From Bacillota bacterium (lineage in GTDB: Bacteria > Bacillota_I > Bacilli_A > RF39 > UBA660): a stretch of DNA of 64,000 bases. Within the stretch, counting starts at the first letter, position 1; each line of letters starts with the position of its first letter. The position numbers and the translations under genes were made by a program. This document shows, one piece after another, positions 1 to 9,693 of this stretch. Where the stretch lies: NCBI GenBank assembly GCA_021771185.1, contig JAETPN010000001.1, positions 107,008 to 171,007 of the forward strand. Reading direction: 5' to 3'. The notes under the pieces were generated by a model. It had not been told where the DNA came from. It searched no databases and saw only the letters and a program-made list of their open reading frames with translations.

Positions 1-22
1 CTTGCTTTCATCTCTTTACCAC

Positions 23-472
23 CTAATTATTTACATTATTTGACCACACAAAATCTTTTCCGCCTTTGTGTAAGTATCCAATCACTGGATATGTATCCCC
101 TTCTCCAAAGAAAAATAATTCAATATCATAAAAATTTCTTTGTGATTCGTTTAAACTATCCACGACTTTAGCACTAGCCTCTTTTAATTTACCAAAATCT
201 GTTGTTGATGAAACATCAACAAGAACATGAATAATTTTACCATTTTTACGAGCACTTGTTTTAGTAACACCTTCAATGTCTTTAAAAACATCTGCCATTT
301 CATTCATACGTTCTGTACTTACTTCTACTTTGGAAATACCTTCTAATCGATTTCCATAAACACGATCTTGTTTTGCAAAAAACGATTTAACAAATAACAA
401 TATAAGAATAACCAGAACAATTAAAATTCCAATTAAAAATATTTTCTTTTTATCTTTTGCTAGTTTTTTCAC
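23..472 (-). CDS. Hypothetical membrane-anchored protein
   Basis: 149-aa ORF with basic N-terminus and one TM helix; GTG start with GGGGTG RBS. Confidence 0.75.
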   Translation of the reverse strand: MKKLAKDKKKIFLIGILIVLVILILLFVKSFFAKQDRVYGNRLEGISKVEVSTERMNEMADVFKDIEGVTKTSARKNGKIIHVLVDVSSTTDFGKLKEASAKVVDSLNESQRNFYDIELFFFGEGDTYPVIGYLHKGGKDFVWSNNVNN

Positions 473-510
473 TTTATCACCCCAGATAAATTTATTATAC
501 TATACATTTT

Positions 511-1938
511 TTATTTATTCAAATCAAAGTGTTCTAAGGTGTCAACCAATAGTCTATTTACAGTTGCTGGATTAGCCTGACCTTTGGATACTTTCATGAT
601 TTGTCCCATCAAATATTTTAAAGCACGATCATGTCCATTTTTATAGTCAGTAACACTCTCTTTATTTTCTTTTAAAACTTGTTCAATCATTGCTTTTAAG
701 GCACTTTCATCATTAATTTGAACCATACCCATAGTATCCATCCATGTTTTTACATTGCCACCCTTTTCCATTAATACTGGAAGCAAGTTTTTTACTTGTT
801 TACTTGATAGTTCATTCGTCTTTAATTTAGAAACAAGATCTATGATATGATCCACAGTTAATTTTATGTCTTTTAATGTTAAATTATTTTTATTAAGATA
901 ACTTAAAATATCTCCTGTTAATAAATTAGATGTTATCACTGGATCACTTTGTTTTACTTTTTCAAAGAAATTACATAACTCACGGTTACCAATTAAAGTT
1001 TTAATATTATTTTCATTTACTCCTAAGTTTTGATATTCACTTCTTAATTCATCTGGCATTTTAGGAATATCTTTACGTGCCGCTTCCACATCTTCATCAT
1101 CAAGATATATTGTTGGAATATTAGGTTCTGGAAAATAACGATAATCATTTCCAGTTTCCTTAACACGCATTAAAATAGTAACTTCGTCTTTTTCATCGAA
1201 ACGTCTTGTTTCTTCTCTAATACTTTCGCCATTTTCTAAAACTTCAATTTGTCTTTTACTTTCTGCTTTAATAGCACGTCCTACACTAGAAATAGAACCA
1301 ATATTTTTCGTTTCTGTACGAACTCCTAGTGTGTCATCTTTAGAAACAGAAACGTTTACGTCACAACGCATACTCCCTTCTTCCATTTTACAGTCAGAAA
1401 TATCAGCGTAAATAAATAATTCACGTAATTTGTGTAGATAAGCCATTGCTTCTTCTTCGGTATGCATATCAGGTTCTGTAACAATTTCAATAAGTGGTAC
1501 ACCACTACGGTTAAAGTCTAGGTAACTCTTCTCACCACTATGAATACTTTTCGCAGTATCTTCTTCAATGTGGATATCATGGATTCTGACTTTCTTTTCT
1601 TCCCCATCAACATTAATCATGACATAACCATTTGTACCAATTGGCTTACGGGCTTGTGTAATTTGATACCCTTTTGGTAAATCTGGATAAAAATAATTTT
1701 TACGATCAAATACCATTTCTTTATTAATATCACAATTTAAAAGTAATGCAGCTTTTAAGGCAACATGAACAGCTCCAAAATTAATTAGAGGCAAAGTTCC
1801 TGGATAAGCTAGGTCAATCGCATTAATATGAGAATTTTCTTTTCCATCATAACTATTTAATGAATCAGAAAACATTTTGGTTGCGGTCTTTAGTTCGCAG
1901 TGAACTTCAATACCAATTGTTTTTTTATAATTATTCAT
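511..1938 (-). CDS. gatB: Asp/Glu-tRNA amidotransferase subunit B
   Basis: IGIEVHCEL, FDRKNYFYPDLPKGYQITQ, EEGSMRCDVNVS and DYRYFPEP motifs. Confidence 0.98.
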   Translation of the reverse strand: MNNYKKTIGIEVHCELKTATKMFSDSLNSYDGKENSHINAIDLAYPGTLPLINFGAVHVALKAALLLNCDINKEMVFDRKNYFYPDLPKGYQITQARKPIGTNGYVMINVDGEEKKVRIHDIHIEEDTAKSIHSGEKSYLDFNRSGVPLIEIVTEPDMHTEEEAMAYLHKLRELFIYADISDCKMEEGSMRCDVNVSVSKDDTLGVRTETKNIGSISSVGRAIKAESKRQIEVLENGESIREETRRFDEKDEVTILMRVKETGNDYRYFPEPNIPTIYLDDEDVEAARKDIPKMPDELRSEYQNLGVNENNIKTLIGNRELCNFFEKVKQSDPVITSNLLTGDILSYLNKNNLTLKDIKLTVDHIIDLVSKLKTNELSSKQVKNLLPVLMEKGGNVKTWMDTMGMVQINDESALKAMIEQVLKENKESVTDYKNGHDRALKYLMGQIMKVSKGQANPATVNRLLVDTLEHFDLNK

Positions 1939-3382
1939 GATGTTCACCTACCTCTAAATTAAGTTGTAACTCTTTTTCAATGAATGCGCCTAACGCATAC
2001 ATCTTGGCTTCTTCAAACTTATTTCCAATAATATGCATACCTATAGGCATGTGTGATTTATTAAATCCAATTGGAATATTCATACCTGGAAGACCAGCCA
2101 TATTAACAGGGATTACTAAAACGTCATCTAAGAATGTTTTACGTGGATCATCCATTCCCTCACCTAGGTGATATGCGGTTGTTGTTGTCGTTGGTCCAAT
2201 AATTAAATCATAATTTTTGAAAGCTTCATCGAAACTTTTTTTCATAGCCGCACGAATTTCTAAAGCTTTTGTGTAATAAACATTAGCGTTATCACCACTT
2301 AATAAATAGCTTCCGACCATAATACGACGTTTCACTTCGCGTCCAAATCCTAGAGCACGACTTTGTTCATATAAATCATCAATGTTTTTAGCATCAGCAG
2401 AATATCCATAACGAATACCATCAAAGCGCGCTAAATTACTACTTGCTTCACCCATCGCAATGATTTGATATAACGTAACGGCGTGTTCTAAGTGAGCAAT
2501 ATCAATGAAGTCTACTTTTGCGCCATGTTTTTTTAATAAAGAAATCACGTTATTTACATTGGTTTTTATTTCTTCATCAACAATATCACTCATGAAATAA
2601 TTAGGTACTGCAATTTTCATACCTTTAATATCTGTTCCAATTAAACGAGTGAAATCTTCTGTTTCTCTTTTCGCTGAAGTAATATCTCTTTTATCATATC
2701 CTACTAAAGTATTTAATACTAAAGCGTTTTCATAAACATTACGAGTCATTGGTCCAATTTGATCTAGGCTTGATGCGAAGGCGATTAAACCGTGTCTAGA
2801 AATACGACCATACGTTGGTTTCATACCTACTAATCCACAGTAACTAGCAGGTTGACGAATACTTCCTCCTGTATCACTACCTAAAGCAATAGGGGTTAAA
2901 CGGGCAGCAACACAGCTTGCACTTCCTCCACTACTTCCACCACTAATACGTGTTTTATCCCAAGGGTTCTTAGGAGCACCAAAATAACTTGTTTGGCTAG
3001 TTGAACCCATGGCAAATTCATCCATATTTGTTTTTCCAACAATAATCATGCCTGATTCGTTTACTTTTTCAATTACTGTTGCATCATATACTGGAATAAA
3101 ATTTTCTAACATATGTGATGCACAAGTTGTTCTTAAACCTTTTGTTGTAATATTATCTTTAATAGCAATAGGAATACCATATAGAATACTAGATTTATCC
3201 ATGTTTTCTAGTTCCTTGGCACGTTTTATTGCACCTTCTTTATCCAAAGTAATAAAAGCATTTAAGTCTTTATTATTTTCGATACGTTCAAAAGCTTCTA
3301 ACACTAAATCTTTTGGTTTAATCTCACCACTTACTAATAATTCGTGTAATTCATTAATACTTAAATCTAAATAATTATTCAT
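1931..3382 (-). CDS. gatA: Asp/Glu-tRNA amidotransferase subunit A
   Basis: Amidase signature GGSSGGSA...GSDTGGSIRQPA, KTNMDEFAMGS. Confidence 0.98.
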   Translation of the reverse strand: MNNYLDLSINELHELLVSGEIKPKDLVLEAFERIENNKDLNAFITLDKEGAIKRAKELENMDKSSILYGIPIAIKDNITTKGLRTTCASHMLENFIPVYDATVIEKVNESGMIIVGKTNMDEFAMGSTSQTSYFGAPKNPWDKTRISGGSSGGSASCVAARLTPIALGSDTGGSIRQPASYCGLVGMKPTYGRISRHGLIAFASSLDQIGPMTRNVYENALVLNTLVGYDKRDITSAKRETEDFTRLIGTDIKGMKIAVPNYFMSDIVDEEIKTNVNNVISLLKKHGAKVDFIDIAHLEHAVTLYQIIAMGEASSNLARFDGIRYGYSADAKNIDDLYEQSRALGFGREVKRRIMVGSYLLSGDNANVYYTKALEIRAAMKKSFDEAFKNYDLIIGPTTTTTAYHLGEGMDDPRKTFLDDVLVIPVNMAGLPGMNIPIGFNKSHMPIGMHIIGNKFEEAKMYALGAFIEKELQLNLEVGEHHE

Positions 3383-3680
3383 TGTTCACCACCATCACTG
3401 GAACCTCCACAAAGTCTCCTACACTGTGTGGAACATTTTCTTTAAATACATCAAACGAAGTCATCTCTCCTACTACATCTTCTCTAACAACACACTCTTT
3501 TGTTGTTTCTAAAGGAGTAACTAAAATTTCAGGTTCGATATTATCTACTAGTTTAATTTTATCTACATCATCTAATAATTGTTTTAACTCTACTTGATAT
3601 TTATCTATTTCCGCATCATCAACCGCAATACGAGCTAGTTTTGCGACATGTAATACTTCTTCTTTTGTTAATTTATTCAT
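3375..3680 (-). CDS. gatC: Asp/Glu-tRNA amidotransferase subunit C
   Basis: EEVLHVAKLARI N-terminus, FVEVP C-terminus, first gene of gatCAB. Confidence 0.95.
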   Translation of the reverse strand: MNKLTKEEVLHVAKLARIAVDDAEIDKYQVELKQLLDDVDKIKLVDNIEPEILVTPLETTKECVVREDVVGEMTSFDVFKENVPHSVGDFVEVPVMVVNNE

Positions 3681-3816
3681 GTATTCATCTCCTTAACATG
3701 GATATTATACCAAAATTTTTAGGGTTTGTGGTAAAAAAAGTATATAGTTTCCAATAAGCTTATATATACTTTTTACAAAAAAAGATTAGTCTTTACAAAC
3801 TAACCTATCAAAACAA

Positions 3817-4158
3817 TTAGGAAATATTTGATAAAATCCACTCAAAATATTTTTTTCTTTTAAAAATAGATAACTTGTATTTATCACCATTTTTCATTTT
3901 AATTAAAATTCCAAAAGGAAAAAAAGGTGGCGTTGTACAAGTTTTTACACTATCAATATCTTTCATTTCGATTTCCCAACTTACGCTAGCTGTCCCAATA
4001 AGTCCAGATGCTAAAAAAGCAATGCGTTTATTTGTAAAATAATATTTACCTGAAACTTGTCTATTAATACTTGTTTTAGGCATTTTCCAGCAATCTCCTG
4101 AAACTTTCCCAGCAAATAGTTGTTCTCCATCCATTAATTCAAATACAGCTTTTGCCAT
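3817..4158 (-). CDS. PH/GRAM-like domain protein
   Basis: VSGKYYFTNKRIAF...WEIEMKDIDSV pattern resembles GRAM/bacterial PH; GGAGG RBS before MAKAVF. Confidence 0.6.
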   Translation of the reverse strand: MAKAVFELMDGEQLFAGKVSGDCWKMPKTSINRQVSGKYYFTNKRIAFLASGLIGTASVSWEIEMKDIDSVKTCTTPPFFPFGILIKMKNGDKYKLSIFKRKKYFEWILSNIS

Positions 4159-4254
4159 ACTATCTCCTCCAATTCTATATATTTTTAGTATATCACAAAG
4201 TAATAATCTTTTAAATGTTGTCAAGTAAAAAAATATTAGAAAATTCTAATATTT

Positions 4255-5772
4255 TTATTTCACTAAAACACCATCTAACTCTAGTGTCGTTAATAATTCG
4301 CTAAATAATTCAATGGCTGTATCTTCGTCTTCAACTTCTTCTCCAGATTCTAGCATAAATTGCATAAGCATTTTATCTAATAAGTTAAGTCGAATTTTTT
4401 TACTATCCATAATTAATTTTTTACGTTGTTGATGATCATTCGTAATACATTCAAAGTTTCCTTCCTTAATAGAACTAAGCATACTCTTAATTCGCTGTTT
4501 TTGTTCTAATTGTTTCATTTCTTTTAAATGTTTTTTACGAGTGAATACTAAACTTTCGATTAAGTCATGAATAAACTGATCAACAGCGTCTAACGGAACT
4601 TCTTTTTCAATATAGCCTAAATTATAAGCCTCCATACGTACATAATCTTCTGGGGATAATTCTTTTAAAATATATGTTAGAACATCCCTTGGTACCTTTT
4701 GTTCAATTAAGAATCGAGCACGCTCTTTTCTCGTAAAACCAATGGAACTTCCATAACCTACAAATTGTTTAAAGGCATGAATGGTATTATTTAAGCCTAA
4801 CAAACGTAAATTAATTTCTAACGCTTGATTTAAATAGCTACAAGCTTCATGATAAACTTGTTCTTTTTCTCTACTAAAAACACGAAGTTCATCTACCTCT
4901 TTAGATCGTTTCGTTCGTTCATATAATGGAATAAAGTCCTCTTCAAAGTCATTTTTACCTTGAAGAACGCTCAGTAATAATTCTGTAATATATTTATCAT
5001 CATATAACTTTTTATAATATTCATCTTCCCTCGAAAATTGATAATCAATATGATGTTCATGCGCTAATACAGACAAATGATACCCCGCCACAAAAGATTC
5101 CTGATAACACTTTTCAACGTACTTATAAAAACGTGGTAAAGAAACTATTTCTTTTTCATTCTTCATATAATTTTCAATATAATAGCAAAGAATAGAATTA
5201 TAAGATAAATTACCATCTTTCACAATTGCAAGATCTTCCTTTTGAATAGCAAAGGGATTGGACTTTATTAAGGCCGTGTCAAATAAGGAATCTTGTTTGA
5301 TAAAACTGGTTATACGATCAACATCTAAACGTGAAGTGACGCGAACAACCACCGCATCTCCAGCAATTTGATTCCGTATCTTTGAATTATGAATCACATT
5401 TTCTTCTGATAAAAAGGTAAACAAACGTTGAACACATTGATTAAAATGACTACGATGTAAGGGAATATACATTTTGATATAAGATTCTACATCTGTGTTA
5501 CTAGGGTCTGTATTTCGAAGCTGTAAAAATCCTTGTTTTTTATTTGGCAAATAAACATCTAAATGCTTTAATTTCCCTAAATTAGCCATCCATATTGGAT
5601 ACCACTGTGTTGTTTTTACTTTTGATTCATTTAAATAAACACCACGTTGAATCAATTTCTTGTAGATAAAATCATGTGTAAATTTAGTGGCATCCTGTTG
5701 ATATTGTTCAGACATTTCTATTAAAAAATGTTCCATATCTTTTTGTGATTCATTCATTTTTTTATAACTCAT
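4255..5772 (-). CDS. Hypothetical protein with HopA1-like (phosphothreonine-lyase-like) core
   Basis: Long ORF with own promoter and terminator; KMYIP...SKIR...DAVVVR...NPF...DGNLSYN spacing recalls HopA1-type domains (by eye). Confidence 0.55.
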   Translation of the reverse strand: MSYKKMNESQKDMEHFLIEMSEQYQQDATKFTHDFIYKKLIQRGVYLNESKVKTTQWYPIWMANLGKLKHLDVYLPNKKQGFLQLRNTDPSNTDVESYIKMYIPLHRSHFNQCVQRLFTFLSEENVIHNSKIRNQIAGDAVVVRVTSRLDVDRITSFIKQDSLFDTALIKSNPFAIQKEDLAIVKDGNLSYNSILCYYIENYMKNEKEIVSLPRFYKYVEKCYQESFVAGYHLSVLAHEHHIDYQFSREDEYYKKLYDDKYITELLLSVLQGKNDFEEDFIPLYERTKRSKEVDELRVFSREKEQVYHEACSYLNQALEINLRLLGLNNTIHAFKQFVGYGSSIGFTRKERARFLIEQKVPRDVLTYILKELSPEDYVRMEAYNLGYIEKEVPLDAVDQFIHDLIESLVFTRKKHLKEMKQLEQKQRIKSMLSSIKEGNFECITNDHQQRKKLIMDSKKIRLNLLDKMLMQFMLESGEEVEDEDTAIELFSELLTTLELDGVLVK

Positions 5773-5833
5773 GATCTTCACCTACCATACTTTTATTATC
5801 ATATCATAAATAAAAAAAAAAATAAATATCTAC

Positions 5834-5862
5834 AAAAACAAAACAGAGGAGAAACCTCTGTT
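5834..5862 (-). terminator. Intrinsic terminator after topA
   Basis: AACAGAGG/CCTCTGTT stem with U-rich tail on minus strand. Confidence 0.7.
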
Positions 5863-5891
5863 CGTTTTAATTTAAGTATAAATAAGATGAA

Positions 5892-7922
5892 CTACTCTTT
5901 GATAAATGCACAACCAGAACATTTTACTTGATCTTTTTTTTCAACTAACATCTCACCACATTCTGGACATTTTTCCCCTGTTGGTTTATCCCAATATGCG
6001 GTTTTACATTTTGGAAAGTTATTACATCCATAGAATACTTTTCCACGTTTTGTTTTTCTTTCCACAATTTTTCCCTCACAGTTTGGACAATCACAAACTT
6101 CAACAACTTCTTTCTTTTCCGCTTTGATATACTTACACTCTGGATAATTACTACAAGCTGTGAATGATCCATATTTTCCCTTACGAATTACAAGATCATG
6201 TCCACATTCTGGACAAGACTCACCAGTTTTTTCAGGTTCTTTCTTTTCCATTTCAGTAAATGCTTTTTCAACTGCGGGTTCAAATTCTTTAAAGAATTCT
6301 TCCACAATTTCATACCATACTTCTTTTCCTTCACTAATTTCATCTAAATCATGTTCCATATTCGCTGTATATTCAACATTAATTAGATGACTAAAGAATT
6401 CTTGTAGCTTATCCGTTACTTCAAATCCTGTATCTGTTGGCTTAAATTTTTTATCAACAACATCAACATAATTTCTCGTTTTAATGTTATCAATGGTTTT
6501 GGCATATGTACTAGGACGTCCAATACCTAATTCTTCCATTTCTTTAATTAATTTTGCTTCACTGTAACGCGCTGGCGGTGAAGTAAAGTGTTGTTCGTTC
6601 GTAATACTATTTGAAACAATTACATTCGATTGATATGTATCTAGTGGTGGTAAAATACTTTCTTTGGTATCTTCATAATCACTATAAACTTTTAAATATC
6701 CATCAAAAATAATCACTTGACCAGAGGCTTTAAATTGATAGTTGTTATTATCTAAGGTTACACTGGTATTATTTGTTTTAGCATCTGCCATTAAAGATGC
6801 TAGGGCACGGTAATAAATCATACGATATAATTTAAATTCATCATCTGATAAATAAGGACGAACTTTTTCTGGAGTTCTATTAATATCAGTAGGACGAATG
6901 GCTTCATGCGCATCTTGAACATTCTCTGTTTTTTTTGCTTGTTTAGCATAACCAATATAATCTTCTCCATATTTTCCTTTAATAAATCCATATGTGTTTT
7001 TAATAAATTCATCACTCAAACGAATACTATCTGTACGCATATAAGTAATTAAACCAACGGTTTCGTCCTCTAATTCAATTCCTTCATATAATTTTTGCGC
7101 AATACTCATTGTACGTTTCGCACTCATATTTAATTTATTCGATGCAAGTTGTTGTAACGTACTGGTTGTAAATGGAGCCTTGGATTTTTTATTTTTGGTC
7201 TTCTTATCTACTTTCTCAATTTGAAAAGAATTACCAAGTTTAGACATTACTTCATTGACTTCTACTTCATTGTGAATTTCTAATTTTTTATGATTATATG
7301 TCGCAAGATCTGCATCAAATTCTTTAAAATGAGCAGTTACACTCCAGTATTCTTCTGGAACAAATGCCATAATTTCACGTTCACGATCTACAATTAGCTT
7401 TAAAGCTACACTTTGAACACGACCTGCACTTTTTCCATCTGTTTTCGATTGAACTAGTTTACTTAAACGAAAACCAATAATTCGATCTAGGATTCTTCTT
7501 GTTTCCTGAGAGTTTACTAAATCCTGATCAATTTTACGTGCATGATTAAAAGAATCAATGACTGCATTTTTGGTAATTTCGTGGAAAACAATTCGTTCAT
7601 AATTATCTTCGGTTAACCCTAAAGTATCATAAAGGTGCCACGAAATAGCTTCCCCTTCACGATCGGGGTCGGTTGCAAGATAAACAAAACTTGCGTTTTT
7701 TACATCTTTTTTTAATTCATCAATAACTTTTTTCTTTCCCTTAATCGTTGTATAATTTGGTTTAAAATGATCTTCAATATCTACACCTAAACCAAATTTT
7801 CCTTTGGTTGAAAGATCTCTAATATGTCCCTTAGAAGATACTACTTTATAATCTTTTCCTAAATATTTTTCAATGGTTTTACTTTTCGATGGAGACTCCA
7901 CTATTACTAAATTTTTTGCCAT
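5892..7922 (-). CDS. topA: DNA topoisomerase I
   Basis: LVIVESPSK, ATDPDREGE, SAGRVQS, LITYMRTDS, GIGRPSTY; C-terminal C4 zinc ribbons. Confidence 0.98.
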   Translation of the reverse strand: MAKNLVIVESPSKSKTIEKYLGKDYKVVSSKGHIRDLSTKGKFGLGVDIEDHFKPNYTTIKGKKKVIDELKKDVKNASFVYLATDPDREGEAISWHLYDTLGLTEDNYERIVFHEITKNAVIDSFNHARKIDQDLVNSQETRRILDRIIGFRLSKLVQSKTDGKSAGRVQSVALKLIVDREREIMAFVPEEYWSVTAHFKEFDADLATYNHKKLEIHNEVEVNEVMSKLGNSFQIEKVDKKTKNKKSKAPFTTSTLQQLASNKLNMSAKRTMSIAQKLYEGIELEDETVGLITYMRTDSIRLSDEFIKNTYGFIKGKYGEDYIGYAKQAKKTENVQDAHEAIRPTDINRTPEKVRPYLSDDEFKLYRMIYYRALASLMADAKTNNTSVTLDNNNYQFKASGQVIIFDGYLKVYSDYEDTKESILPPLDTYQSNVIVSNSITNEQHFTSPPARYSEAKLIKEMEELGIGRPSTYAKTIDNIKTRNYVDVVDKKFKPTDTGFEVTDKLQEFFSHLINVEYTANMEHDLDEISEGKEVWYEIVEEFFKEFEPAVEKAFTEMEKKEPEKTGESCPECGHDLVIRKGKYGSFTACSNYPECKYIKAEKKEVVEVCDCPNCEGKIVERKTKRGKVFYGCNNFPKCKTAYWDKPTGEKCPECGEMLVEKKDQVKCSGCAFIKE

Positions 7923-8077
7923 AATCCACATCCTTTTTTGATTCAATATCATTTATACACTAAAGTTTTCGTGTTGTCAACTACCCTCTATTAATAATAT
8001 ACAATAGAAAATCTTTATTTCCTTTTTCTTTAGAATAAATTTTTTTAATATGTAAAAACTATCCTTGGAGGGATTTT

Positions 8078-8245
8078 ATGAAAAAGAAAAATAAACATAT
8101 TGCCTGTACTGTTACAGATTGTGTTTATAACAACAACGAGTGTGATCACTGTACTTTAAATCAAATTAAAGTTTGTTCTTGTGATTGTGATAAAACAAAA
8201 GAAGCAACAATGTGCGATAGTTATGATAAAAAAGAAAATGACTAA
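8078..8245 (+). CDS. Small Cys-rich DUF1540-like protein (55 aa, not in ORF track)
   Basis: GGAGG RBS; MKKKNKHIACTVTDCVYNNNECDHCTLNQIKV...TMCDSY matches the I.C.V..C.YN...C....I.V...T.C.S pattern. Confidence 0.8.
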   Translation: MKKKNKHIACTVTDCVYNNNECDHCTLNQIKVCSCDCDKTKEATMCDSYDKKEND

Positions 8246-8248
8246 AAT

Positions 8249-8797
8249 TCATTTTCTTTTTATTTTTTTTAAATAAGGATTCGTTAAAAGCTCCTGAGCA
8301 ACCGTTGTTTTCTTTCCATGACCTGGATAAAGTGTATAATTCTTCATTAAAGATTCAAACAATGTACATGTTTTATTGATACTCTTTTTCATCGATTCCA
8401 CATTTCCACCTAAATCCATGCGACCTATGGTTCCTTCAAATATAAAGTCACCCGTAAAAATAATAGAATAATCCTCAAAGATATAAATAACAGAATCTTT
8501 GGTATGTCCTGGCGTATATAATAGACGAAAATGAAAGGGTCCTAAAACATAGTCCTTTTCTTCTAGAATTTTATATTCATAAACAGGCACTTGATATTCT
8601 TTTATGCATTTATCAAGGGCACCAACATGATCAAAATGACGGTGTGTTAATAAGATGCCAACAACTTGATCTGTACCAACACTTTCTTTAATTTTATCAA
8701 ATTCATCCCCAGGATCAATAATTAATACTTTTTTATCTTGCTTTAAAAGATAGCAGTTCGTTTGATAATTACCAACAACTAAAACTTCAATGTCCAT
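8249..8797 (-). CDS. MBL-fold metallo-hydrolase (glyoxalase II-like)
   Basis: THRHFDHVGA, TPGHT, FTGD and YPGHG motifs. Confidence 0.92.
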   Translation of the reverse strand: MDIEVLVVGNYQTNCYLLKQDKKVLIIDPGDEFDKIKESVGTDQVVGILLTHRHFDHVGALDKCIKEYQVPVYEYKILEEKDYVLGPFHFRLLYTPGHTKDSVIYIFEDYSIIFTGDFIFEGTIGRMDLGGNVESMKKSINKTCTLFESLMKNYTLYPGHGKKTTVAQELLTNPYLKKIKRK

Positions 8798-8798
8798 T

Positions 8799-9692
8799 CT
8801 AAATCTTTCCTTGAAATTGAACATCTAAAAATTTTTCTATGGCTTCTACATTGATTGGTAAGCCAGCCGCAAGTTTATGTCCGCCACCGCCAAATTCTTT
8901 CGCAAGAAGTGAAACATCAACTTCCCTACTTCTAAAACTAATACCACCACCCATATTAATAACCACTGCAACATCTATTTCAGGGTGCCTATTTAATAAT
9001 TCATGACACAGTTCACTACGATATTTTTCGGCAAAAGCAATACCAACTGGAATATTTTTTAACTTAGCTTTAATCATGCGTAATTCACGATTATTAATAT
9101 AACGATTTTTACCTTCCTCTTCCAATTTTAAAAGTTCCATTTCGAAAGGTGTTAAAACAAATTCTTCTTTGACAGCTAAAAATCGCTTCGTCATTTCATC
9201 AATATAACGTAATTCACCATATAATCCAAATAAAGAATCAAGAATTGGTGAAATTTTATCTTCTTCTTGCTCAAATAACCATAAATCTAAGTTTTTAACG
9301 CTTTCTATATATTGATTTAACGCGGGTGTTTCAATATCATACAGTTCTTTTAAATAATTATAAAATAAAGTTGTACCACACTCATTCATATCAAGTGTCA
9401 CAAAAGAATACTTTTTCGCATGCATATGGGTTTTGTGATGATCAAAAATTAAAAATTTATCTTTACACGTATGCTTTTTTAGTTTTTCATAAATACTTTC
9501 AGGAACAGTTAAATCCGTAATGTAAATATGTTCATAACAAGAAAGATCTTGTTCTAAAAATTCATTCATAAATTCTTCGACTTCATAAATATCTAATAAT
9601 TTATAATCAAAATGACGATTCATTAAATTCATTAAAACAACCGGTGTTACCCCATCTACATCTTTTATATGACTAATTAAATAATCTTTCAT
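8799..9692 (-). CDS. DHH/DHHA1 phosphoesterase (NrnB-like oligoribonuclease)
   Basis: SHIKDVDG, ITDL, FDHH, GGGGHKLAAG motifs. Confidence 0.88.
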   Translation of the reverse strand: MKDYLISHIKDVDGVTPVVLMNLMNRHFDYKLLDIYEVEEFMNEFLEQDLSCYEHIYITDLTVPESIYEKLKKHTCKDKFLIFDHHKTHMHAKKYSFVTLDMNECGTTLFYNYLKELYDIETPALNQYIESVKNLDLWLFEQEEDKISPILDSLFGLYGELRYIDEMTKRFLAVKEEFVLTPFEMELLKLEEEGKNRYINNRELRMIKAKLKNIPVGIAFAEKYRSELCHELLNRHPEIDVAVVINMGGGISFRSREVDVSLLAKEFGGGGHKLAAGLPINVEAIEKFLDVQFQGKI

Positions 9693-9693
9693 T

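Noticed and set aside
1-11. Start of a minus-strand gene (MKA...) at the left edge
   Set aside because: Only three codons visible; product cannot be assigned
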